The notes beneath the pieces were generated by a model. It saw only the letters and a list, made by a program, of their open reading frames with translations. It did no database searches and had not been told where the DNA came from. Position numbers and translations under genes: made by a program. This document shows positions 1 through 16,278 of a stretch of 64,000 nucleotides of DNA, one piece after another; positions within the stretch are counted from its first letter, which is position 1; the number at the start of each line of letters is the position of its first letter. The stretch lies in assembly GCF_009914755.1 (NCBI RefSeq), contig NC_060926.1. One strand, 5' to 3'. Source of the DNA: the human T2T-CHM13v2.0 reference genome, Homo sapiens.

Positions 1-2089
1 ATTACCTTATAAATATTTTATCAACAAGAAGTTGTAGCACTCCCCCACCCACTGACTTTGAGAGAAAACAAAACTGTCTTTCTTGATTTGAGCGGAAGAA
101 AATTTTCCATATATATCCACAAGTTTTGACAAATTTTGTCGTGAGTCATTCTGAATGGAAGCTTCTAAATTCCAGTGTGAGAGGCTTGCGAAGGACATCA
201 GTTATTGAGCTTTCAGGATTGAAACTCTGCTGTTATTTTGTGATACCAATCTCGGTAATATAGAGATAATTCCGCTAATGTACTTGGAAGAGCTACAGTG
301 AGATTGGATTCAAAGGATGTTTGTTAGAAATTAGATGTGTTTTCCTCCTATAGTTAATAGCTTTAAAAAGTAGTGATACTATCCTACTTCCTGACACACA
401 TGTAAAAGCATCAACGTCTTCTTTTATCTCAGTTTGCCTTTTAGCAGAAAATTACTTGAACTTCCAATGGTGTTAACTTATAGAAAAATGAGAAAGGGGC
501 ATTTTGACTTTCTTTAAAAGATAGTACCGGCCTCTGCCCTAGACCAAATCCTTTGAGCCTGATTTCAAAGACTAAGTAAATGATACATGAGCACACTGAT
601 AGCCTTATGGCTGCAAATCATTCTCTACCTCTAGAATCTAAAAAAAAAAAAAGAAGAGAGAAGATAATGGTTCAGAAGAAAAGCACAAGAATTTGGGGGA
701 AGGGGAAGAGTGGCAATAAAAACGTATGCCTGTTGAAGGGTTTTTTTAAACCACTTCCTGAAATAACTGGCAAAATAAAGCCTCTAAATGTTTAAGCCAA
801 ATTAAATTGCTTACAAATGATCAGTAAAACATGGTTGCCATGGTTTCAAGTGCCCACAATGTGATGTATGGGCTAAATACTGCCTTGCAGCAAAAATGCT
901 TGTGTATTAAGCATGAGCCACAAAAAAAAAAAAAAAAAAAAAAAACCTAATTATCGTGTTCTTAGGTGTTCAAAATCTTTCAAAAATAAAATAATGATTA
1001 ATTATAATTTTTTAAGTGTCAGCTGATCTTACCTGTTAGTGTGACTGCCATCAGCCGTTCCTGCTCCAAGTCCTGAGGCTTATCTTTGCACTAAAACCCA
1101 AGCCCTCCCCAGATGTCTAGCAGAAAACTGAATGGCCTCTGATCATGATAAAGTCACAGACAGCCTCTGACCCTACAGGTATCCTAAATGCTCAATAAGA
1201 AAACCTTGATTTTCTAGGAAGTTGTTTAAAGCCATTTTCCCAAAAGAATCTGAAACTTCATCGTGGGTTCGGGTTTTGTTTTTGTTTTTGTTTAATTTCA
1301 CCAAAGAAGACCCTTATTTTCTATTCCTTTACCCCTTATTTCCTCCATCACACTCCAATATGGAATTTTGTGGACTTAAAAATCAGTCCCTTGATCAGTG
1401 AATATTTATTGAGTAGTACTATTAGGCCAGATGTTATTTAGACATTAAGGTTACAAAGATAAATAAGATATAGCTTCTTTCCTCATAGAAGACATTGGTT
1501 AGTGAGTCTAATTTTTTAGACCAGTAATTTCTAATATATTGTGGTAAAGCAGTGGTAGAAATATGGGCAGCATGTTATTCACAGAAGAAAGAGCACAGAG
1601 GAGAGGCACAAACTTTAGCCTGGGAAATCCAAGAGAGCCAGGAATCTTCCTAGAGTTTACCCTTGACTTGTATGTCAGCCCATAGTAGGAATTAGCCAAG
1701 TGTAAGGGGAAGCTGAAGAGAATTCCAGTTGGAGGAAGAGCAGAGTCCCAACTCAGTATGTTCAAGGAATTATAATACCGTATGTCCCAATGTGGCATAA
1801 TATGTCAGGTAAGAGGTGGCACAAGATGAAGTTGGAGAGATGGACAAAAATGAGGTCCTAGATTCTCATGATATGATTTTTATCCTAGACTCTTGTAGGA
1901 TCCTAAATCCTATTGGTTCTGTTTCTCTGGAGAACCAGCCATGTTTAGGAATACAAGGTTAATGTGGAGTCATTGAAGGTTTTGGGTAGGAGAGTCATGT
2001 GGTCTGATTTGTCTTTCAGATAGATGACTTCGAAGGGCAAATTTGAAAGGGACAAGAGTGAAAACAAGGAAATCACCTAGGAGACTACG

Positions 2090-2550
2090 TGTGACTATTA
2101 TTTTTATGTCAATTCGGCTGGGACACAGGATGCCCAGATATTTGGTCAAATATTATTCTGGGTGTTTCTGTGAAGGTGTTTTTGGATGAGACTGACATTG
2201 AAATTGGTGAATTTGAGTAAAGCAAATTGTCCACCATAATGTGGGTGAGCCTCATCCAAGCAGTGGAAGGCCTGAGTAGAAAAAGAAACCAACCCACCCC
2301 TGAGGAAGGAAGAGGTCTCCAGCTGACTGCCTTCAGACTCAGATTCATCTGCAGCATTGGTTCTTCCTGCCTGACATCCTTCCAGTGGGCAGCTGTGCTC
2401 TCCCAGGGTCTCCTGCACCACTGACCTGACCTGCAGATTTTGGACTTACCAGTCACTATAAGACCATAAGTCAATTCTTTATAATTAATCAACTCATTGA
2501 TTAATTGACTTTCTATTGGTTCTGTTTCTTGAAAAACCCTGAGTATTACA
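2090..2550 (+). mobile_element. MLT2-type (ERVL) solo LTR
   Basis: TG...CA ends. Contains 'ggatgcccagatatttggtcaaatattattctgggtgtttctgtgaagg' and the 3' end 'ctattggttctgtttct...ccctgagtattaca', both typical of MLT2. Confidence 0.8.
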
Positions 2551-5500
2551 CTGTGGGTCCCAAGACATAGATGATGAGGGCTCAAACTGGAGTAGTGATA
2601 ATAAAGGTGGGGCTTAACATAATTTAACAAGAAAAATCAGCAATACTAGTGACTAAAGTGTGGGGAGGTGGGAGGAGGTGCTATGTACCCAAGTACTTTG
2701 CTAAGTGACAGTCTTTGACTCCTGTGCTATAGGACAGGTTTATGAAGCTGAAGAAACTCAGACTTTACTTCATTGCAAAATATGGTGCCTCTATGGTGCC
2801 TCTTTGACTCTAGCACAGGAGTCAAAGACCATCACTTAGCTAAGTGCCTGGGTGCATAGCTGTACCATCAACTAAGGCAGAGACCCTAGAGGAGGCAAAG
2901 TCCCAAGCAGAGTAATACAAGTCATGAGTTTGAGACATGTTGAGTTTGAGGTGCCCTGGGCAACAGAGTTGAATATATGAGTCCAGAGTTCAGAGAAGAG
3001 GATGGCTGGAAATGCAGATTTGGAGTTTCTCCTTTATCATTTAGAACTGTGCACATGATACTTAATACAAACACTCAGGAAAAGGATGAAGGAAGAGAAA
3101 AGCAATGAGCCAGAGGCAGAATTTTGGGAACCACTCAAGTTTAATCAGTGGGCAAAGAAAGTAGAAATGAAAGTAGGGCAAACAAAGTAGACCCCAGACA
3201 GCTTATCACAAAAGTTTAAGAACCGTGAAGAGTCAGATTGTACTCTACTTGCTGAAGACACAAGACAACTGGGTTGGAGACAAAGGGTTTTATTACTGAC
3301 AACAGTAGCAGTAGCCTGAACGTCAGCATTTTCTTGCACAAGTTTCCCAAACACCAATTCCCACAGGGTGGTGCTTCATCACATCTCTTCCTTCCCCTTT
3401 AAAGAAATGGTTAAAGAAAGGAAAATGCTTGGTAGATTTGTGAGAAGTCATTACAGATAGTGGAGCTAAAAAAATTGGCCAAAGGTAATAAGCCCACTAT
3501 AAGGTGACCAGAATTACTTCCCGTTATGGGCCAGAGGCATGACAATCACCAGGCTAAATGGATTTACTGTGTTTTTCAATCATCCACACAGACTACCACT
3601 GGACCTACATCATTGAGAATAAGCCAAGATCAAACCATTATGGGAAGACACCCTAGATTTAGTTACAGCAACACCAAGGAATGATGAGAAATCCTAACAA
3701 GGGAAACAAATTACCATGGTTTTCCAACCCGCAGGACCCCCAAGCCACAAGTTCAGCAATATGTTCTCAGCACAGAGAAACAAAAGCAAACAAACATAGA
3801 ATCAAATCTCTGCATTGAGGAAAACTAGTCATAAAGCTCTAAGCTCAGTGGCGCAAATCACTGTCGCATTGAGACCCGCCGTAACCTCCTAGGTGAGTAG
3901 TTCTCTGGGAAAGTACTTACAAACTTGTCTGGGAATTTCAAGCATGTTTTAACCCCATAAGTTCCTTTAATTACTTGAGCATATGTGTTTTATGGCTCAG
4001 TGAGGGAGTTATAATCTCTGGACACAGGTTTATGAATTTGAAGAAACTCAAAAGACCTTACTTAATTGCAAAATATGGTGCCTCCATGGAGATCTAAACA
4101 GCCATTTTTAAAAGAGCACTTTTTTAAAAAACTGAAAGAGAAAGAATCAATTGCGGGTCATAAAAAATGTATATTTCCTATAATTACACATGTGTGTATT
4201 TTTTATTATATGAATTATATACTTTGTGTGACATCTACATGTCTTATTAAATGATATAGTCATTAAGACAACAAAATCACTCAAGTACCATTTATATCAT
4301 ATTTTCAATAGCCACATAAGAGATAAAAATGGTACAGTAATGTCTGGAAAGTAAAAACGTGTGGTATATAAAGAGATCATCATCCGTAGCTTCATAGCTC
4401 CTTTGAAAAAACTTAACCAGACATACAAATCAACGTTAACAGTAGTTTCTATCACCCAATACTTCAAATCTGATCTTTTTAAACTCATACAAGTCTTTCA
4501 TGATCCTTTTATCCCCATACTTCATAATGGAGTTTGTCTCTCAAAACTCAGATCAGATTCTACTTGCCCTAATGTCACACCCCATTCACCACTCCCACCC
4601 TCACAGAGCTTGTCACTCTCTCCAGGATTGATTGTAAGTCTGTCTATTGTTGTTCTTACAATACTGAATGGTAATTTATTCACTCAAGCATTTGCCTCCC
4701 CAGTAGACTTTCCAGCAGGCTGGGACTCTGTCTTGTACATCTTTGAAGGGGATGGCAGAGCAAGTGCAGAATCTTTTCCAAACCTAATAAGGCCAGTAAA
4801 GAAATTCCAGTGAAAAAGAGCGCTGCCGCCTCCAAGTAAATTTTTAATGAATTGCTTCCTCCAACAGTCATAGCTCCCTCTGGTCCTGCCTCCTTTGAAA
4901 TCCGTTTTTTATTGTTGTTGTTATTTGTTTGGGATTGAATATCGCCTAAAACAAACAAGTACTAGATGCTATAACTATATCCCAGGAGAAACAGATTAGA
5001 AATTCAGCAATATAATCGGCCACTTCAAAAATCTCACTCAGTGACACAGTCAGCTGAGAGTTCTGGGCCCAGAACTAGTAGCCAGTCTGGATCCCCAGAA
5101 TCAGGTAGGGATGACCCCTTGTGTGTGTTTTAATGCAATTTTGGAGACTTTGAAAACATACTGCAAAACCTAACAATCCACAAAATCACAGCTTGGAGGC
5201 TTCTGATAATCTGGAAGCAAAGACAGAAAGATCTTAGAAGTCATTTCTGTATTTGTTAATCAAGAAAATACAGAAATCAAGAAAATACAGAAGGTATTTG
5301 TTAATCAAGTTAATACAGAAAGAATTTATTAAGTTCTTACTATGTACCTAGCGATGTTCCTGGAGATTTTGTTTCTGTTATCAAGAGTAAAAGTCACAGT
5401 GCTTGTAAGTAACTGAGACTTAAAATGTGGAACAAAACCTCACATATAAAACTACAAAGTAACAGTAATAGGCAGTACATAATGAATGCTAAAATTGAAT

Positions 5501-6132
5501 AGATTAGCATACTGTTTAGGATGACCACATGTCACAGTTAATCCAGAATTCTTCTGGTTTATGCCTTTGTTCCCGTTTGGATGATAAATTACATAAAGTC
5601 CGGTGTCATTTCAAAGAAAGGATTTTCCCTCCTTAGAGTAAAGGCATGTATTGTTAATTCTTTACTAGGATAGAAGGAGAATAGCCATCATTTTCTACCC
5701 TTGGAAATGACACCCAGTAATCATATATTAGAGGAATTTTTGATTTTTTTTGTTTTGTTTTGCTTTTCTGCTATTGTACTGTTAGATTTCAGTTATCAAT
5801 GACGAATTATTTTGGTTTTGTGAATATAACCCAATCTTTTGAAGTAATTGGTAGCATCCTTGGTCAATATTTACATTTCTCACACTTATAAAAAGACAAA
5901 AATCTATTTTTGAGCCAAAGTGGAGAGAAGGAACAAGAGAATTTTACTATTTTTTTCTTTTCTGTAAGGTTTTAATTTTTCCATGTGAATATGCTATCTT
6001 TTGTATAATTTGAATATATGATTTTTAATTGTGACCATCTTTATAATAAAAATAATATTTAAAAAGCAAAGGCAGAATGAGGAATATAATTCATGCAAAT
6101 GTTGACTCCCTGTTGACATCTCTCTTACATTA

Positions 6133-6348
<216 letters not shown>

Positions 6349-7471
6349 GTCTGTAAGAATGTCTGAAAAGCCTAACACACTTTGGCACAGGTTTTCAGAG
6401 TCCCTGACAAGCCTGTGTTCATAGCATGCCCAGTGCAACGTGTGCTGCTACAGAGGAATTGTTTTTATAGACTGTGTTTGTTTTGTTTTACATTCACTTT
6501 AAAAACCTAAGAAAAGCTGGGGGAAGGATTAAAGGTTCATAACAAATTTTACAAGCCTGGACAGTGAAGAAAAACCCCAGAGTGTTATGAGGTGTTAAAT
6601 AAATTGAATTGACTAAACTTTCTGCCCCATTGTCATGATGGCCTTTACACATCTCACAATGTGGAGACTATTAGGTGTTAGCCTGGCTTAGGAAGATAAA
6701 TTTTCAACTTCCAGACAGAAATGTTGATTTAGTGTATACTGTGTGAGCCACAGCATTCTTGTTCTAATCAATTCTGGCTTTAATATTTGCAAAAATGCAT
6801 ATGAGTAAAAAGAAAGACAGAAAAATGTTGGTTAAACTTATTCAAAATGCAAATATTTTCATTTTCTCCCTCATTATTGAAGTTTTCCTGCAGGTATAGT
6901 CATAAAAGGACCCCAAGGCTAAAATAGAATTGGTACAGCTATTTTAAACTATTAGCAAGAAGCCAGTCTTCTGGGACATTTTAGGTGCAGGCTCAAAATT
7001 GATGCACAATTTTAGTGCAAACGCATTTATCTATTCTGCTATATAAATTGGTTTGCCACAGGGGCTTTTCCTCTGTCCATTATGTAATCTTCTTATCGCT
7101 TTATCATATTATGCATTATGGAGAGGTCTACAGTAATAACTGAACAACAATTATTTTTCATGCGTGGGATCATTTTGATTCCATTCAAGCCAGTTTGTTA
7201 AAGACAAAATACCCTGACATTCTCATGGGATGTATCCTGAGACCTTTGAAAATCTGCAAATCTGTGAATACCACTGTAGAATAAAGTTTCCTTCTGACAA
7301 AAAACAAGAACAGAAAAGTTTAAGGAACTCAAAACTTCTACTGGTTTGGACCTGTTTGGCCTCCATTTCGATCACCAACATGTTTCTAGCCAATTTTTTT
7401 AGTATAAAAAATTAGTTTTTTAACTGATTCTTTGGAGTTACCTTGTTCATTAAAAAAAAAAAATAGAAATT

Positions 7472-7767
7472 GGCCGGTGGCTCACGCCTGTAATCCCAGC
7501 ATTTTGGGAGGCCGAGGTGGGCGGATCACGAGGTCAGGAGATCGAGACCATCCTGGCTAACATGGTGAAACCCCATCTCTACTAAAAATACAAAAAAAAT
7601 TAGCCAGGAGTGGTGGCGGGCGCCTGTAGTCCCAGCTACTCAGGAGGCTGAGGCAGGAGAATGGAGTGAACCCGGGAGGCAGAGCTTGCAGTGAGCCAAA
7701 ATCACGCCACGGCACTCCAGCCTGGGCGGCAGAGCAAGACTCTGTCTCAAAAAAAAAAAAAAAAAAA
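7472..7767 (+). mobile_element. Alu (AluY/Sc-like)
   Basis: Dimeric Alu with 'gatcacgaggtcaggagatcgagaccatcctggctaac' and a poly(A) tail. Confidence 0.92.
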
Positions 7768-7903
7768 TACAAATCAATAAAGCAATCAAGTAAATACAAA
7801 ATTGATTATTGCAGAAGGCCAATAAAATAGGCAAATTTTTGTTAGTTTGACTAAAGAAAATACAAATAATGTTAAGGTAGAATCAAGAAAGACAATATAA
7901 TGA

Positions 7904-8377
7904 TATCAACCTAAAACAATCAAAAAGGTCAAAATTTAGTTTAAAGAGAGTTTGTTCAAAGGCAAAGTTTGAGGAGGGCCTACCAAGAAATACAGATTCC
8001 AAAGAATGGAAGTCAGCGTTCCTAAGTGTAGAAGTTTGGGGTCATTTATATACAAAAAGTTTAAGAAAACAGAACAGTATTTCAATATCTTTTTACATAA
8101 AGCTTAATGCATAATTGCAACAATCTGATGAGTCAAGGTGGTCTAGGTATGAGACAGTGAAGGATTCAGTTAACCTATAACAAAGATCAGTGATTGAAAA
8201 GAGAGAAGATCTGGTCTCTGGCTGTCCCTAGTCACTCACAGAACAAGAACAACGAGGAAGAGAGTTCATCTATAAACTAAGAGGCAGAAGTTGTAAACAT
8301 GCTACATGACTCAAGGGCTTAATTTCTCTCTTGGAATAATAAATTTACAGGGTCCTGAAATCTTATTTTCTTTTACA
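7904..8377 (-). mobile_element. ERV1 (MER4-group) solo LTR
   Basis: Reverse complement begins 'tgtaaaagaaaataagatttcaggaccc', a MER34/MER39/LTR48-like 5' end. Subfamily not resolved. Confidence 0.6.
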
Positions 8378-8751
8378 ATGATGTATGTAAAGAATGTTAT
8401 TTTCAATTTTAAGACAATGTGGTATAACTTTATACAAGTAAACTTGAAAATCTAGATAAAATAGAAAATATAGAAAAATTAAAATGAACAAAATTGACTT
8501 AAAAGACTAATTATTAAGCCTAAATTCATCTATAAATATAGAAATAGTAAAAAGTTGTGGGGGAAAAAAAAAACAGTGTGCCATAGTAAAGGTACTAGTC
8601 CAAGATAGTTTTGCAAGAAAGTATTATGAAATCCTCAAGGAGCAAATAACTTCTATGTCATATGAACCAAGTAGCGTTTTTTCAAATAATACAAGAATGG
8701 TCAGCATGAGGAAATCTACTGATGCTAATGGCTTTATTAAAAGATTACAGG

Positions 8752-9578
<827 letters not shown>

Positions 9579-9654
9579 GTTCAAACAACAAATGGATTTT
9601 TTAAAGAGATATTCAAAATGTAATATCCAAATCTTTTAAGGATTTTTGTTGTTG

Positions 9655-9963
9655 TTTTTAATTATTATTATTATGATACTTTAAGTTCTAGGGTACATGT
9701 GCACAACGTGCAGGTTTGTTACATATGTATATATGTGCCATGTTGGTTTGCTGCACCCATCAACTCGTCATTTACATTAGGTATTTCTCCTAATGCTATC
9801 TCTCCCCCAGCACCTCACCCCCCGACAGGCCCCGTGTGTGATGTTCCCCGACCTGTGTCCACGTGTTCTTGTTGTTCAACTCCCACCTGTGAGTGAGAAC
9901 ATGCGGTATTTGGTTTTCTGTCCTTGTGATAGTTTGCTTAGAACGATGGTTTCCAGCTTCATC
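9655..9963 (-). mobile_element. L1PA 3' end fragment
   Basis: 'ttaagttctagggtacatgtgcacaacgtgcaggtttgttacata' is the antisense L1PA 3' UTR. Confidence 0.9.
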
Positions 9964-10439
9964 AGATTGGTTTTTTTGTAAGGCTGCCTAAGAAGCTCTG
10001 TCTACTCTAAATATAATTCTCTGCTGTAGTCATTTAGAAATTAAATAAAATACATTTTCTTACATACATTGCTTGATGGGAATATAAGTGCAATGACAAT
10101 CAGTAAAGTAAAAAGCATTTTAATGCCTCAGGTTCCATAGCAGCTTGGTTAACTACGGCGTAAATTCATCTCTCCAGACCTAATTCAGGAGAAATGTCGT
10201 TACAGTAACTGAACAGATCGTAAGCTCCACAGGCGCCATGCTTTCCGCGGAACAGTTTTCATTGCTAACAGAGAATGCTGACTGCATTTATTTTAATAAA
10301 AGTCTGTGGCTTGTGTACAAGTAGAAGAGTATTTTTTCACTACATTAATTTTATATGTTTTAGAATCTAGACTAAAGGCTATAAATTAGAGGAAAGACGA
10401 CTAGAATATCCTGGGTCTCTGTGACATAGCACCTTTGAA

Positions 10440-11270
10440 ATAAGTATTACAAAAAGAAAGTACAGCAAAATAAATACGGTAATATTGGATTATAACCCAA
10501 AGTATAAGACAAACACCCATGAGTCAATGCTAGTATAAATAAGTGAGTGAATAAATAAATAGGGAGAGAAAAGATAAATCTACCATGCAGAAGAATTCCA
10601 AACAATTTGTATGGCTATTCCACCCTCAGGGAAGTGGAGCCTAACTCCCAACTTCAAGTGTAGGCTGCACATCGTGACTTCCAACAAGTACAGCAAGCAA
10701 ACGGGGGAAAGAGTAACTTGACAGTGGAGAAACCTGATAAACACACCTAAGCGAGGTGCTCCTGGTAAACGTCAAGAGTGATAAGTCATGTGGATAGCAT
10801 GCGCCCTTAATGGGATGTGATGAGACTGGCACTTTACCTCCTCAAAACCCATAATCCCAGCCTAATCATCAGAAAAACATCAGGCAAATCTCAGTTGAGG
10901 GGCATTCTACAAAATGCCTGACCAGTACTCCTTGAAATTGTCAGGGTCATCAAAAACAAGGAAAGTTTGTGAAACTGTCATAATCAGGAGGAGCCTAAGG
11001 AGTTGTGATGTCTAAGTGTAATGTGGTCTCCTGGATGGGAAACTGGAGCAGAAAAAGGACTTTAGGTAAAAACTCAGGAAATGTGAATAAAGCATGGACT
11101 TTAGTTCATAATGATGTATCCATACTGGTTCCTATATTGTGACAAACATGCTATACTAATGTAAAATGTTGATAATAGGGCAAACTGGGCATGGACTAAT
11201 GAGAACTCTGTACTGTCTTCACACTGTTTTGTAAATCTGAAACTATTCCACAATTAAAATGTATTTAAAG
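10440..11270 (+). mobile_element. Old L1M (L1MC-like) 3' end
   Basis: L1MC-type 3' UTR motifs, ending 'gaactctgtactgtcttc...tgtaaatctgaaactattc...aattaaaatg'. Confidence 0.7.
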
Positions 11271-11303
11271 ATAACAAAAAGGAAATACAGATAAATGAGC
11301 TGA

Positions 11304-12614
<1,311 letters not shown>

Positions 12615-12779
12615 TAAGTGATAGTTTTTGTAAAGTTATCTTATCCCTGAGTTGTTTGGTGTTTTATGTTGTTTACTACATACAAGAAGCTTTGCTCTGA
12701 TGCCTGATAATTGCAGATTGTCTGTACATACTTAAGAGTGAAGCTTTACAAGTCGATTAAAACCTGGAATATTTTATAT

Positions 12780-13125
12780 TAAATAAAAAAGGAAATCTTG
12801 TCACATGCTATACAACAAGGATGCAACTTGAGGACATTATGCTAAGTGAAATAAGCCAGTCACAGAAGGGCAAATATTGTATGAGTCCACTTATGCAAGA
12901 GATCTGAAGTGGTCAAACTCATAGAAACAGAAGTGTGGTGGTTTCCAGGGAAGAGGGGGAAATGGGAGTTGTTCAATAAGCATACAGTTTCAGGTTTGCA
13001 GGATGAAAATGTTCTGGAGATCTGTCACACAGCAATGTGAATATTCTGAAATACTTACTGAACTCTACACTTAAAAATGGTTAAGATGAAAAATTTCATG
13101 TGTTTTTTTACCACAATTAAATTTG
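12780..13125 (+). mobile_element. L1MB/L1MA 3' end fragment
   Basis: 'gaggacattatgctaagtgaaataagccagtcacagaagggcaaata...tacacttaaaaatggttaagatg'. Confidence 0.8.
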
Positions 13126-13851
13126 TTTACATTTATTAAAAAGTTGATTAGAAGTTTTGAGCACAAAGGTGGGGCTGTTTTGCCATGGGCTCCAGTTCCA
13201 AGCGATGAGGACAGCTATTTCCCTAAGGAATCCCTAGCGTTAATGTCATTAGGTCTCTCCTCTTGGAAAGCCATGGGCTGCTGAGATTCCCCAGAGAATG
13301 ATCATCCGAATTCCTCTCCTATAGGGTATGGGACTGGCTGCTGGCTTTCTGTGAGGTTTGTAGGGAAAGACAGTGATTCAGTGATTTCAGAATTGAGTAT
13401 ACAAATTTTACCTTCTTCCCTGCCTTCAGTATGGGCCCCTGTCCTCAATTGTGCTTGGAATCCTTTCTACGTTACCCCTTCCATGTTACATTTCCTGGGA
13501 ATATAGCTTCAATCTTCTTCCATGATGATGGAAGAGCAAGCCGTCATACAACTCTGTAGAATCGGGACGCAGGCCTAGGGAGCTTAACTGCTTCTGAAAG
13601 AAATCAGACTACTTTCTTTGCACTTACAGAGGTATCCGCTCTAATTAAGCCTTAGGGATTCAACTCAGTGTAAATCAATTTGTTTCTCAACTTTCTCCAC
13701 TGCTTAGTGAGGATTCAGTCATGTCAGATCTGCTTAATCAATTACCACTTTCCCATCTACTTATCAATTTTCAAAATTTTATTCATTTTCTCTCCCATTC
13801 TCTTGTCCTCAAGTGTTTATGCCTTAAAAAAAAAAAAAAAAAAAAAGTTTA

Positions 13852-14159
13852 GGCCGGGCACAGGGGCTCATGCCTGTAATCCCAGCACTTTGGGAGGTTG
13901 AGGCAGGTGGTTCATTTGAGGTCAGGAGTTTGCGACCAGCCTGGCCAACATGGAGAAACCCTGCCTCTACTAAAAACACAAAAACAATTAGCTGAGCCTG
14001 GTGGTACACGCCTATAATCTTAGCTACTTGGGAGGCTGGTGGGAGGCAGGTGGGAGGACCGCTTAAACCTGGGAGGTGAAGGTTGCAGTAAGCCAAGATT
14101 GCACCACTGTACTCCAGCCTGGGTGACAGAGCAAGACTCCGTCTCAAAAAAAAAAAAAA
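13852..14159 (+). mobile_element. AluS
   Basis: Full Alu with TSD 'aaaaagtttag'. Confidence 0.9.
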
Positions 14160-15894
14160 GTTTAGATTAGAGGGGCTTAGGGTTCGACAAGAGGGTGATA
14201 GCTATTGCCTATATTCATCCACCATCTTTACCCAGAAAAGTTGGCTTGTTTTCTATAATTTCAGACTTAATAACTAATTTCTTGGTTGGAGGTGATGTAG
14301 TGGAAAGTATCAGAAATTTAGAATCAGTCAACGTGAGCCAGATTCTGGATCTGCCATTTTCTTGTGTGACCACAAGTTAACTAGCTTCTCATATCAGTTT
14401 CTCTGTTTATAAAATGAAGATGTTAACACATAGGCTTCTTCTGAGGATAAAGTGGAAAAAAACATATGAAAGTCATATGTAAAATAACATATGTAAATCT
14501 CATGTAAAACATAATGCTTGCTTAATAAATACTCTTCTTTCCGTTCCAATATTAGTTGTTCAATTTACCTTCCACTAGCAACTGTAACATTCTGGTAATA
14601 ACCTCATTCTGGGCTCAGTTTCTACAATATTATTCAAATCACACTAGCCATCCTCTACTGGCTGTACTTGCCACCTTGAGATCTGCTGTCCGATTACGAC
14701 ATTCAGTCTCAATTGGGCGCTGTGTCATTTTGTTGGAATAAGTGCAAATTTTAAATTTTAAAAAAATTCAAAAATGAATGCATTACTTTTGAGTCATTTA
14801 ATCAAATCTACTTTTACCTTACTATTGATATTTCCAAAATTTCCCTTAAAAAGTAAAATGGACTTTGGTTAGATATCAAGATCTGGACAATTGTGTAGAA
14901 CTTTAACCATCTGAGCCCAGAGTTTTGTTCATACCCTTGGAGATGCAAAGCAGCTGGTTACTGTCCTCATGTTATTACATTTTCTCCTAACCCACTCAGT
15001 GATAACATACCAAACCATCTGCAGCAAAAACATGCCAAGGTTTTACAACAAACTGGGCACTAAGCATTGCTCCATATAGACCATCAAGAAATTCACAAAT
15101 CAGTGGCTTAAAGACTTTATTAAATTTACAAATATTTCTTGAGTACCTACTATGTTCCACTAATTGTCATAGGTATTTGGGATACACGAGTCAAAGAAAC
15201 ACATTTAAATCAAGAATCCTTGCATTCATAGAGCTTATATTTTAGTGAAAGAGATAGACAATAAACACAATAAGTAAGTTATAAAGTGTGTGTTTTTTAA
15301 ATAGAGCAGGGAAAGGAGGATCAGAACTGCTAGAAGAGGTATTGCAATTAAAATAGACAAGATTTCTTATGTACTCCAGAGATCACCACTAAATCAGTGA
15401 TAGTTGTTTGGTCACAAGTAACAAACAACTTTAAACAGAACATGAATATATTAGGTAGATATCAGGGGACATACAAAATTGATAGCAATACCAGAGAAAC
15501 AAGTCGAAAAAAGGTTAGGAATCAGGGTAGCTCCAAAGCAAGTGGAATTAATCAACATTCTCCACACCTACCATCACTGGAACGAATAATCTCCTAGCAT
15601 CTCCTACCCTTTCTGCATTGCTCCAATCAAGACTGGAAGTTCCAGGAGCATCTGATTAACCAAGCTGGAGTCACTTGCCTGCTTAGTGGGTAGACAATCC
15701 CAAAAAGAAAATTTCCAGAGGGAGAGTTAATTCTTCAAAAGGAAATTAGTGTGTGTGCCAAAGTAAGGGAAATGGGTGATGGGCAACCAAAACAGTACAT
15801 GTTCACTATCGCAAGTGCCAGCTCCAGAAAATCTACATAGAAGGGGTGTAGAGAAGCAATCTGATTGAAAAGAGGCAGTAGGGTACGGTTCTTA

Positions 15895-16278
<384 letters not shown>

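Noticed and set aside
2109-2630. 173-aa minus-strand ORF
   Set aside because: Lies almost entirely within the antisense of an MLT2 LTR.
4361-4813. 150-aa plus-strand ORF
   Set aside because: GTG start, no recognisable family and no convincing splice or promoter context.
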